Below the pieces are notes generated by a model. The model was not told the origin of the DNA and ran no database searches. It was given only the letters and a program-made list of their open reading frames with translations. A stretch of 64,000 bases of DNA, from assembly GCA_036172245.1 (NCBI GenBank), contig JAYWIR010000043.1, forward strand, positions 992,001 through 1,056,000, in the 5' to 3' direction. Shown here in pieces: positions 11,277-23,100 of this stretch; the stretch's first letter is position 1; each line of letters opens with the position of its first letter. The position numbers were made by a program, and so were the translations under genes. Source of the stretch: Raillietiella orientalis (Eukaryota).

Positions 11277-13677
11277 ATGTCTGAAGACGTGGCGATGGAA
11301 GGCGAACTGGAGACCTTTGCCTTTCAGGCAGAGATTGCCCAGTTGATGTCATTGATTATTAACACTTTCTACTCGAACAAAGAAATATTCTTGCGAGAGT
11401 TGATCTCTAACAGCTCTGATGCTTTGGATAAGATCCGTTACGAGTCCTTAACGGATCCGTCAAAGTTGGATAGTGGGAAAGAGTTGTACGTCAAGATCAT
11501 CCCAAACAAGAATGACCGTACTCTCACCATCATCGATACTGGAGTCGGAATGACGAAAGCAGATTTAGTAAATAATTTGGGAACCATCGCAAAGTCTGGC
11601 ACGAAAGCTTTTATGGAAGCTTTGCAAGCGGGTGCAGATATTTCCATGATCGGCCAGTTTGGTGTTGGCTTCTATTCTGCCTACCTTGTGGCAGATCGTG
11701 TTACCGTTACCTCGAAGCATAATGATGACGACCAGTACACTTGGGAATCATCTGCTGGTGGTTCTTTCACGGTGCGCCCCGATGTTGGGGAGCCATTAGG
11801 TCGTGGTACAAAGATCGTTTTGTATTTGAAAGAAGATCAAGCGGAGTATTTGGAAGAACGTCGAATTAAGGAAGTAGTCAAGAAACATTCCCAGTTCATT
11901 GGATATCCAATCAAGTAAGTAAAACAAAACATTTGGTTTTTTAACTTCTAACCCTAAGAGCCCTGCCTGATCAGTGTCTCTCTCTGAATTGAGGGTACGG
12001 GCTAGGGAAACTGAAGAAAATTATCATTAGTATACATTCATGCAATACGAATTCCATTACCAGAGGCTGTTCCTTATGCCTCCATGGTATTGGAATTGTG
12101 TGTGCTAACACATTCTAATGGTTTGCTTTTACAGGCTTCAGGTTGAAAAGGAAAGGGACAAGGAAGTATCTGATGACGAAGAGACTGCGGAAGAACCCAA
12201 AAAAGATGAAGAGAAAGAAGAAACGGATGAACCAAAAATGGAAGATGTGGGAGAGGATGAGGAAGAGGATCGTGCCAAAGGAGATGGAACTACCAAGAAG
12301 AAGAAGAAGGTTAAGGAAAAGTACGTGGAAGACGAAGAGTTGAACAAAACCAAGCCTATATGGACAAGAAACCCTGATGACATAACTCAGCAAGAATATG
12401 GCGAATTCTACAAGTCTTTGACAAATGACTGGGAAGATCACTTAGCTGTGAAGCACTTCTCAGTGGAAGGTCAGCTGGAATTCAGGGCAGTATTGTTTAT
12501 ACCCCGTCGTGCCCCATTCGACCTTTTTGAGAATCGCAAGCACAAGAATAATGTGAAACTATACGTTCGCCGTGTTTTCATTATGGAGAACTGTGAAGAT
12601 TTGATCCCAGAGTATCTCAATTTCATTAAAGGTGTTGTCGACAGTGAAGATTTGCCCTTAAACATTTCTCGTGAGATGCTACAACAGTCCAAAATTCTGA
12701 AGGTTATTCGCAAGAATCTAGTCAAAAAGTGCTTGGAGTTATTCGAAGAGTTGGCAGAAGACAAAGACAACTTCAAAAAATTCTATGATCACTTTGCCAA
12801 GAATATCAAATTGGGAATCCATGAAGATAGCACTAACCGCAAGAAGCTCGCCGATTTGTTGCGTTTCTATACCTCGGCCTCCGGAGACGAGATGTGTTCT
12901 CTGAAAGATTACGTCTCCAGGATGAAGGAGAACCAGAAGCACATCTACTTCATTACTGGTGAATCCAGGGAATCCGTAGGTCATTCCGCCTTCGTTGAAA
13001 GGGTGCGCAATCGTGGATTCGAAGTGGTGTACATGACCGAGCCTATCGACGAATACTGCGTGCAGCAGTTGAAGGAATATGATGGGAAAACATTGGTCTC
13101 CGTTACAAAGGAAGGTCTGGAATTGCCAGAGGATGAAGATGCGAAAAAGAAGTTCGAGGAAGATAAAGCTAAGTTTGAAAATTTGTGTAAAGTGGTGAAG
13201 GACATCCTGGACAAGAAGGTCGAGAAAGTGTTGGTCAGTAATCGCTTAGTGTCGTCTCCTTGTTGCATCGTAACGTCCCAATATGGTTGGACTGCGAACA
13301 TGGAACGTATTATGAAGGCTCAGGCTTTGAGGGATACTTCCACGATGGGTTACATGGCAGCCAAAAAGCACCTCGAAATAAACCCTGATCATCCGATCAT
13401 AGAGAATCTTCGTGTGAAAGCTGATGCTGATAAGAACGACAAATCTGTAAAAGATCTTGTGTTGCTGCTGTTCGAAACAGCGTTGTTGTCATCGGGTTTT
13501 TCATTAGAAGACCCTCAGGTTCATGCTCTGCGAATTTATCGCATGATCAAACTTGGACTTGGAATTGATGATGATGATGTGGGTTTCGGTGGTAGCGATA
13601 CCCTTCCCAAAGAAGAAGAAATGCCCCCTTTAGAGGGCGCTGATGAAGATGTTTCTCGAATGGAAGAAGTTGATTAA
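11277..13677 (+). CDS. Hsp90: Cytosolic heat shock protein 90 (exons 11277-11914 and 12135-13677, 726 aa)
   Basis: Signatures [69 protein letters not shown] and C-terminal MEEVD. A 220-nt GT-AG intron (11915-12134) restores IGYPIK-LQVEKE. Confidence 0.99.
11935..12113 (+). ncRNA. Candidate intron-encoded box H/ACA RNA with a TTAGGG-template-like motif (possible telomerase RNA)
   Basis: CTAACCCTAA at 11948-11957. Stem AGCCC-TGCC/GGTA-C-GGGCT, ANANNA box AGAAAA at 12015-12020, long hairpin 12042-12105, ACA at 12108-12110. The host intron is several times longer than neighbouring introns. Confidence 0.55.
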
Positions 13678-13781
13678 GTGTATGTGAACGTTGTGAAAAG
13701 TTCTATACAAAACATTTCGAATGCTTACTCTGATGTAAGTGAACCAAATGTGCTGCGAACTCTATTTATATATAATAGCCA

Positions 13782-13787
13782 AATAAA
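13782..13787 (+). terminator. Hsp90 polyadenylation signal
   Basis: AATAAA about 105 nt after the stop codon. Confidence 0.75.
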
Positions 13788-15299
13788 GTTCATGTTGCAG
13801 GAAACTTTTTTCCGCTCTGCAGTTTACCCCACGAGTCTTTACCTGTGAAGGTGAAACAGCAGCTCCTTGCATCTTCACCCTAATTCGGCATATTTCACAA
13901 GGGCGTATCTCCCAACCTGTGCGCCTCTTTTTCAAGCACCAGGAGTGGCGACCCTCCCCCCATTCCCTCCCCGAGTTTGCGTTTCCACCTTTCTGCTCTA
14001 GCAAGGGGGTGAGCCGCCCTCCAGCAGCAAGAAGCGCGCCCTCGTGCAGAGGGCGCTTAGCGGCGTCTAATTGATAGAATAAATGCTGCTGCGGTGTGTT
14101 CAAGGTACCAACTCTGCGTACCTATGCCTCACGCTGCACCCCTATAGGGTTGGAGCTGCGAGGTCGATTGCCCAATCGACCTTGATAAAACGAGGGTGCG
14201 CTACTCACCGGGCCCCACGTGCACCACGCGTGTAAGTAGCGGGCTGGGCGTCAGCCGATTTCCGCCTCTGGCGAGTTCACGGGAATCAGCTCGTGAATCA
14301 CCCTGACCTTCCCGCGTCCGACTGCCGTGGTCGTTCAGTGGGCGTTGCACTTCGCGCGGGCCGCGAGCAGTACCATGGGTTTTTTTTTTTTTTTTTTTTC
14401 TTGTGTTCTCCCGGGGGTCGTTTTGACCGTGTCGGTGGAGGTCGATTTCCCAGTCGGGCGTGCCTGTTGGTGTACGACACCTTTGCGTCGAGCCGAGGGC
14501 GTCCCACGGCTGTGCTGCGTTTGCCTTGGCTGTTGCAGGACATGGCGGAAGGCGTGCTGGAGCGATGGCTGCCCATTCACCTTGGGGGGGCCTCGGTGCA
14601 CCCCAAAGATGTGAGTGAGCCACGCTCGCTGCTGCTGCCGTGAAGAGATGTGAAGTTGTGATGGAGGGTTCGCCCAAGTAAGGAAGCGTTGTGTGCATCT
14701 TTGTGCATCCGCTCCGTCCACTACGGCTGATAGAGCCAACTGCACGAATGTTTTATGGGCAGCACGCATGAAGAGAGCATTTCCGGATAATCCCCGATCC
14801 TCCCAAGTAGTTCTTTGCTCGTGCATTGTACGTGAAAATGCTGCCGTTTTTCTGTGTCGTTTTCACGAAGATTTGCTTAAGTGACACCCCAAAAAATTTG
14901 TTTCCCGGTTCTGAATTTCTCCTTTACTTTTGGATCGTTGAATACTCTGTGCTCGAAAGAGGCGCGTTGCTCTTCCGCGGGATCGGTCCGAGGTGCTCTC
15001 TCGCACGTGTGGTTCGCCGGTTCCCCCGAGTTCGCACGGCCCGCGTGCCGTGCCGCATCTTGGAGATTTTGCTGCTCCCAGTCGCTCCCTTCGGCGCTCC
15101 TTTCTCCCGAGAAACCTCTCCGAAGATTCCGCGCGAGGCAGTCGGAGGGACCGCGAGGCGAGAGACTGAAGCGGTTTTTTTTCATTCCGATAAGCGGGAC
15201 ACGCCAGGAAAAGGGAACGGAAAGCAAGAGTGTGCTTCATGAGAAACTGCTTCTGGCAGCATCTTCGAGCATCTTTGTTTCTTCCGGAGCTCCTCCGCA

Positions 15300-15900
15300 C
15301 GCACGGAATGGCTGTTGGCCTGCGCAGGGCGGCTTCTTCTGCAGAGCTTTCGCACTTCCGTCGTGGGACGGCGTCTGCTGATTCTTCCTCGGAAGTCTCG
15401 TGCACGTGAGGGCTTCGACTTCCCCGAGCCAGACAACCATCCGCAATGGACCGTTGCAACCAAGGAGGGGAGTGCGCGTGATCTGCGAGCTCACACGACG
15501 GATCCGTCGCTCGGCGACTGCAAGGGCGTTGCGTACCCGTGACGAAGAGATCCTCGTGACGGAGAAGCGGAGCCGCTCCAGTCCGGAAGGGAAAACCGCT
15601 CGGATCTCTTCTGCAAGCACTCAATCTTCCTCCGCCATCCGAAAGAGCGTTCGGCAGTATGGCGGCAGTCAAAGGGACTCTGAGCAAAAGTGGGGTCCGC
15701 GCCGGTCCCATTCTCGCGTGAGCGCCTCGCCGACTCTGGCAAGACCGTCTGCTTCTCTTCGCGGAATGCTGCTCTACCCTGCCCGGATGCCCCTGGGACT
15801 GGGCAGCGGAGGCGGGCGAGCAAAGCAAGGAGGGGGCGGAGAAGGCGGGGGAGTTCGCCTATTCCCGAACCCAGGCGTTGCTCCGCGTGCCGGGAAGGGG
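15300..15900 (-). mobile_element. Decayed APE endonuclease of a non-LTR retrotransposon
   Basis: Across frameshifts: EEIRAVFP (D-W-R-x-x-x-P-like), RHEDLFVT (RLD-like) and ELADH (SDH-like), in the expected order. Confidence 0.4.
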
Positions 15901-17158
15901 AAGCGACCGTGAAGTGGGAGGGAGGATGAAGCGGTCCACCCAGACTGAAGCGCCACGACGTTGAGTGGCTGCCTCCATAGGGCTTCGGAGGAACCCTGAA
16001 TCGTCCCAATTTTCCCCTGCGCGGTCGCAGGATATGTGTCCCAGCATAGGGAAGGGTACTTTTTGGGGTGAAGTGGAACCCATCGACTAAGGGGAAATGG
16101 GTGGAGGGGGGAGGGTAAAGGCACGAGAGTTCAGGGTGCATCCTTTGTCTCGTCCAGGGATCCCCGTCTTCACCAGCTCCCGTACGGCTCCCGCCTGAAG
16201 AGCATCCTTTCAGCTCTGCCGTCAGGAATGGAAGTTGCCCGGGGAAGTCAATCGAGGGCTCGGCCCGGCACGGCAGAAAAGAGCTGGGGGATCTGCACGT
16301 GCGATGCTGTCCGCGGAGGGCGCAGGTGGTTCTCAGTCGTCGTCTCGCCCCTCTCCCTCTCTTCGTTTCCGGGAGAAGTGGACCTCTCTTGCTAGTGGGG
16401 AGAGGGGAGGGGGAGTCGGTTCACCTCCAGCAGGTCTCTTGACGCACGCACACGGGGGGGGGGGGGTATCTCAGACGCGGCGACAGCGGTAACAGGGACG
16501 TGGACCTCCCGGAAGAACCAGGTCCCTTCCTCCTTTCCCTCCGCGACTAAGCGTTCGGTGCGTCTCGGCGCGGTCTCAGAGGTGGTCCGGGATCCTCCCT
16601 CCTCCGAGGGAAAGGAAGCGGAGGGGAGGAGCGGAGAAGGGGGAGGCCGACCTTGCCTCTCTCTACTCTTCTTCCGAGGGAACGGGTGAGGAGGGGGGGG
16701 GAGGGCAGGACAGACGCGGGCACGCGCGAGCGCTGGCAGCGGCTGTGGCTCCTCGGAGGCCGCCGGTGGCGCCTAGAGCTCGGCGGCCAGCCTTCTGTGG
16801 TCGCCCGCGTTTCCCCTTCCTTCTCTGTCTCCCATGTCCTCCTCGCCTCCCGACCCCTTCTAGGACGAGAATGTTGCGGGCCGGTGGGCGAGGAAGGCTT
16901 CCGGGAAAGCAGAGGATGTCGCAACCTCCGGTCACTCATAGGAGAGGGGGGTAGCGCATGGGGGAAGACGCTCTCTCCTGTCGGTGGCTGCATCTGCCTC
17001 CGGAGCAGCTCTCTCCGCTCCCACCGAGGGGAGGCGCGCTCGCCTTCTCCCGTGCGGCGGCGGCCCCACGCGGAGAAGACTCCCGCGTGGGGCCGCCGCC
17101 GCACGGGATTTCTTACCTTCCGAGTCCTCCGTTCTGTGCGCTTTCCTTCCGGGATGCG

Positions 17159-20100
17159 ATGCCCGCCGTCCCGATTTCGGTCGAGTTCCCCCAGCAGCAG
17201 CGAGGTCGCCGGCAGCGACCCGCCGCATCCGCTCCGTGGACATCCGCGCAGGCGCGCTGTAGCTGCTGCTGCCTGTCTTGCTGCTCTGGAGTCAATCTGG
17301 ACTTCCTGAAGACCCGCGTGGGGATCTGCAAGCTTCTCGAGATCGTAAGTCGAGGACGTGTGCGTGCGTGGGTTCTGCGAGCTCCCGAAGCGACGAGGAG
17401 GAAGAGCAGGGGGAGCTTCCCTTTCCTCCCCTCCCGTGCCAGCCACGGCCGGGGTGCAGCCCGCCCGAAAGCGAGGAGGCGGCGGACGTCGTCGCCGTCC
17501 GTTCCCTTGGAGGGAGGGCGAGGGGACTCTGCAAAGGCCTCTCTCCCTCTCCCTCCATCTTCCGACCTAGGCGGACGGAGAAGGGGGGGGGGGGGGAGGA
17601 ATGCTTCCCGGAAGTCTCTCTCCGCTTGGAGGGACCTCACAGGGAAGGCTCCTTTTCGGAAAGGAGGGCGAGTCGTGGCCGTTTTCCCCCTGGGTCTTCT
17701 TTCTCCCTCCTCGTCCCCGTAAGAAGGGCTGGTCTCTGGCGTACGCAGCTGCTGAACGGAGCGAGGATGCGAGTTCTTGCCTCATTTCTCAGATGGCAGC
17801 ACGTTCGTGCCAGCTGACGGTTTCCTGCGCCGTTGGCGACGGGAGAGCTTTCGATTTTCCCTCCGGCAAGTGGCCCACTTCCCCAACATACCTGAATACG
17901 CGGAGCCCTCTTTGGAGGTGGCGGCGGGAAATGGGGCGATCGTTTCTTTCGTCCCCTGAAGAGCCGAAGCCAGGGTGCGGTGCTCCCTCAGAGAAGAACC
18001 GGTGAGACCGTAAGGGGAACCTGTGGAGGGAGCAGAGGAGGAAAGGGGTGGTGGTTGCAAAGAGTGTCTCTCTCGCGCGGGTCGAGAAAGGATCGACGGC
18101 CGCTTCCAGAGGGCAGCTCGGCGGAGCAGCGCACGAGAGAAGCATCAAGCAAGATGCTGCGGGAGTTTGCCACGGAAACAGGGAAGGGTAGACGGACAGC
18201 TCGTACCCCACCCTTCCCCTCTTCTCCCTCCCCCTAAGTTTTGTGAGTTCGTTCAGGCACGCACCAGTCGGTCGGACTCTTCGAAGGAAGGGAAGAGCTG
18301 CCGGATCGGAGCGACTAAATGTCAACTCTCCCGCACCAGGGAGGGAGGATAGCGAGTCTCTCGGGGATGGACCTCCGCAAGAAGAACCCTCCGTCTCAAA
18401 AGCACTTCCTTCCTAGTCGAGGAAGGAAGGGCTCTGGGGACGTCCCGTGCGTCCTCCCCTCCGTCCATGGCGACCGACCCGCGTCAGAGGGCCTCGAGGA
18501 GCGTCGGCGGCCGCCTGCTGGCGCCTCTTTCGGATGAGGAAGACGCGGCGGAGCGTCCTTCACACGGGGGGACGGGGAAGCGAGGCTCCCAGGGCAACGT
18601 GCCGACTGCGGGGGTGGCCTCCTCCGGAGACGCGCGAGAGGGTGATGGGCAACGGCGCAGAGGACGCTCCCGGCAAGAGAGAGGGCAGGTCTTCAGAAAG
18701 AACGGAACCTCCCCCTCACGGCGCCCACAGGAGTCGGTGCTGGCGCGTCCGTCGTGGTCGTGCCGTCCCGCCCTCCCGTGGGTGGGCGGAGGGTCTCCGC
18801 GGGCCCGGTTCGACTGAACCACGGCCGTCCCCGAAGCAACCTCGCGCTTCCGAGGCTTTTCCTTTTCATCCCCCAGTAGGGTGGACCACGGGACTTCCCT
18901 GCCTTCTCTCGGGTGGCGGCCAGAGGATGCAGAGGATCGCTTGGAGCTCCGAAGGGTGCTCGTTCTTCACCACCGTGGTCCTTCCCGGTTCGACCCTGCT
19001 GGTGAGCTGCCAAAAATGGGCTTCATCCCCCGGGGGCTCCCGTGCGCCAGGGAAAGGAGGATGTTCCTGCCTTCGAAGACCTCCGGGTGGCCGTCGGCGC
19101 GTTCCATCGACCCGAGCAAGACTTCTCGTCCCGCGGTTCCAGGCCGCGCCTCCGGGATCTCACGCGGGCAGGGCATTCATGCACTGCCCCTCCCCTTCCG
19201 GACGAGGGAGGGGTTTCCTTCCGGGGCGAGACGCAGCCATGCCGCGCGCCCCTTCCCTCCTCCCGGTCCCGATGCACCCGCGCTACGGGGACCGGGCGGT
19301 TGTGCAACTCCGACCCTCCCTGACTGCTGCATCCCGGCGAATTCCAGGTGTTCAGCGGGGTCTGCCATAGCCTGTGCCTGAAGTACGGGATGTCCTACTC
19401 CTCGCTTCTCGGGTCATGCTACACGGTGTTCTTGACGACCGCCTCCAGCTGCCTGTTCACCGCCTCCATGCTCCTCTTCTGCTACGCCGTGTCCCATAGG
19501 ACGCTCAGGAGTGTGCGGTCCTCCATCTTCGTGAGTAGATGTGGCCCGAGGTGGGTCGCCAGTCTGCCCCGCCGGGGTCGGACGGGTGGTTCCTTCCGTG
19601 ACTTTATGCAGGGTGCTCTGGCGTCTCTCTTTGGGAGCCCTTTGGCTTCCGTTTCCTTGACCATTCCTTCCACCTCTCCGTGGTTGCTTCCTTTCCTTAG
19701 GAAGACGCAATATTGGTTTCTGCTGCAAGGTCCTGTGAAAGTGCCCCTTCCCTCCCCCGTTCCTCGCAGCAGTGCCGTTCTCCAGCACCGACAATCTCGT
19801 TGATTGCAGAGGAGGCCGAGAGCCATAGTTGCGGCTAATGCCACCGAGGGCATATCCCTGGCACCAACCCGACCACAGTAGAGAGAGAGAGAGAGACGGC
19901 ACGGTTGCAAGATATCTCGTCGGCTCGCGCGAACGACGACCCGACCTGCTCCGAAAATCCTGGAATTGTCCTCGCACGGATTCCCTGTGGCCACCAAGAG
20001 CGCTGTGGTCTGGACCGACGCCTTGCAAAGGGGAGTGGATCTCCCGGTGCAGCCGCCTCTTCTACCCGGTCACTACCGGTCGCGGTCCCTGCTTTTGCGG

Positions 20101-23100
20101 GAGGGCGGCGCCGTTCAGTTCATCCCGAGCCATCTGCATCGCTCAGTGCCATCTTTGCAGCGCGTCAGCATCCGTCGTCTTCGTTGCCCCGGAGCCCCTC
20201 GTCGTGCACAACCCAGCATCGTAGATGTGCACGTGGTCTCCTTCCCTCAGTTTGCCGTGCCATCTTTGCCATCTGACTCTTGCATCTTCGTCTCGCGATG
20301 CCGTCGACTCTCCCGCTGCGGCATCTTCGTGCATCTGGTCTCCCGGCGTTTTCTGCACCTCGTCACTCCCATCCGGGGAGTCGACCTCTGGCGTTCGAAC
20401 CAGCTCTCTCCTCCTTGGTTGGCGGGACCACGGGCACCGCCAAATATGGAGCGGGCAGTGAGGAATCGGTTCCTCTAATCTCCCCGATCTTCCCAGGTAG
20501 TTCCCTATCGGGCGGACGATCATTCCGGGGACGCCGATCGCTCTTGCAAGAGAACCGTTCGATCTCTCCCGAACGAAGATATATACGTGGCTCCTTGCGC
20601 ACAATGAGCAGACGTCCACGAAGCGGAAACCGTCCATCAGAAGCCTCGTGCTGGTGGCGTCCACGGACGCCTCTCGCAACGAACCGTTCGTTCTGCCTCG
20701 GGTCAAGCTGGACGAGTGGGCATCGCTGTCTGTACAGGGGCGGTCGTGGGCAGCGCCGGGTAGATGCGTCAGTCCCGTTCTTTCTCGAAATCTGAAGGTC
20801 GGCTGGGTTTGCTTCCTGCTCCAAAGATGAGTTTCGTATGAGGCGGGCAGAGTGAGGGAATCACAAATCAGGGAGGGAGAAATTCGGGAGAGCCAGGCTT
20901 CCGATGTTCGTCGGAGGGAAAACGTACTCTCAGGGCGGTCGATCCTTGCTTGGAGACGGAGGCGAAGATAATTTCGGAGTTCAGAACACCCCCAACATCA
21001 GGAAAAAAAAGCGCTTGTGCTCTGAACGACGGATTCCGACCATCGAGAGATGCAAGGCGAAGACGACGCAAACTCTTCTTGGTTTGGATGCCTCCTTGCC
21101 CAGTAATCAGGATCACCCATTTGTAATTCCTTTGCATTGGCCACCCTTCACTATCACTTCTTTTTTTTCCTGCATGTTCGACAGTCCCTCGAGAAGAAAT
21201 TTCAAGCATCTTCGGGATGAAGGTCTCCTTAAGAACCATCACACCGAGAACAGTACCTTCTGCAAAAAAACACTTGAAAGCGATGCCAAATTTATTCTTT
21301 GTGTCCATGCGGGTCGTCTGCGTGGGCGGATTCTCTTGGCTTCGTGGCCACGGCAACCAACAGTTGAACGGAGAGCGTGACAAAGGTGAAGAGAAGCAAA
21401 CGAGAGAGCAAGAAATGGTCCACCGAAAAGCAGAATGCCAGAAAGTTTAAGAAGATGCTGAGATGTATTTTGGGAAGCATTTTCTTCAAAAAAAAAAAAA
21501 AAAAAAAAGAAAAATGACGTGAGTGCGGAGGAATGAGGAGGCTTCTGGAATTCCTGAACGTTACCGCGCGGCTCTGGTAGTACAAATTTCGCTGGGTAGA
21601 TGGCTCTGCGCGTAGCTACGTGGTTTGCGGCGGATGCAAATGGTGGTTACTTCCCTCGAGTCCATTAAGGGCGGAGTGCTTTCCGTGACTTACGTCATGC
21701 TTATCGTTTAGGTTGTCTTGTTGGATGAAATCTTGCAGTCCCGGGTGCGGTCGCTCGTCTCGTTAGTGACTCCCAGATCTGCCGGACGGCCCGTTTGTTT
21801 TTTTGACTCCCTAGAAATTCCTTAGCTTTCCGCCCCTGCAAACGCTGTGTGGGACACGACGTGGCACACGTAGCAACGACTTTTCCATGCCTTTTGGGCT
21901 CTTCTCGGGCCCCACTGGATTTGTGTGACAGCAGCAGCGTCTTCCTCTCGTAATGGGTACTCCTCAAACTCCGTTGGTTGTTCCATCACCGCTCACGTTT
22001 CACGCAGCGAAGATCGTCTAAGAGTGGATACAGCATCTCCGACAAGAGTTTATCGAATCTTTCTGCGTTCACATTCGGCTCATCCGTTCGCTCTCGCTTT
22101 CGCTGTCTCGGACTTTGCAGAACGAAATGAAACCTCGAACCCAGCTGGGTTTTTGGTTTTCTTCCCAGGAATTTCTCTTTCGTACCAAATGTCCTTCCGT
22201 TTTTGCTTTCGCTTTTCCATGCGTACCAAATGTCGTTTTATGTGTGTGTGTGTTTTTTTCTTCTCTTCTTAAGCAAAGATTTGTTTCATGGTGTGTCGAT
22301 TCCGTCCCGAGCAAGCAAGCAAAGACGTGACTCAGAAATCTCATCTCCACCTGGCAGTGGTCTTTCGAACCGGTTGACTCCTTGCTGGAGAGAAGCGACG
22401 CGACACCGAGACGTGGAGGTTGAGGAAAGATGGCCTCGGCCGTTACGTGGTGACTCCGGAGAAAGAGCGATCCCCTCCAACATCCGAGGCGAATCTCGAG
22501 GGAGGGATGTTGCTCCGTTTTCTCCTTTGATGATTGCCACCAGGCCGTTCACGTGACGCGTCCTCGTCGGACCGGACGAAAAGAAGCGCGGCTTGCCCTA
22601 AAGGGCGCGGACGAACCCCGCGCGGCATGCGCCTTTCCTCTGAGATCCATCCTCAGCCTCCGCCCCGAAGGGATGTCTTCCCACCAGGGGAAGCGCGCAA
22701 GTCGGTCTGCTCGTCGGGACTCCTAAGCCGCCCAGATGGACTTTGCATGGCGGGTGGATCCCTCCAGTGCCCTGCTTGCTTGGAAGCCGCCCGGTACGGC
22801 TGCAGGCTTGTCGAAGGGAGGAGCCGATCGAGCGCAGCTTCTGGGAGGCTGCGATGCGGGTTCGGTGTATTTCTCCTTGGCGCTCCGTGGTCGGAACTCG
22901 TGGAAAGGCTCCCGGACTGAGAATCTTCAGGCGCCGCTGTGGCTGCTGTGGTTATCGGCACCTCTGTGATGCTCAGCTTTCTTCGCCGCCCTCATTCCGT
23001 TTTTTTTTTGCTCAGCCACGCCCGACCACGGGCACAGGGAAACGATCGGCAGCCGCTCCTGCCACGTGACGGGCGCGGCTGCCGATCGCTGCTTCGCCCG

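Noticed and set aside
12118..12134. ORF-track start MVCFYR for the second Hsp90 ORF
   Set aside because: Intronic; the exon starts at 12135 after the TTTTACAG acceptor.
17200..17345. Minus-strand VFRKSRLTPEQQDRQQQLQR resembling a LINE ORF1 C-terminus
   Set aside because: It is antisense to sing exon 1, which explains the sequence.
19360..19600. Minus-strand frame resembling a stop-riddled gag protein
   Set aside because: It is the antisense shadow of sing exon 2.
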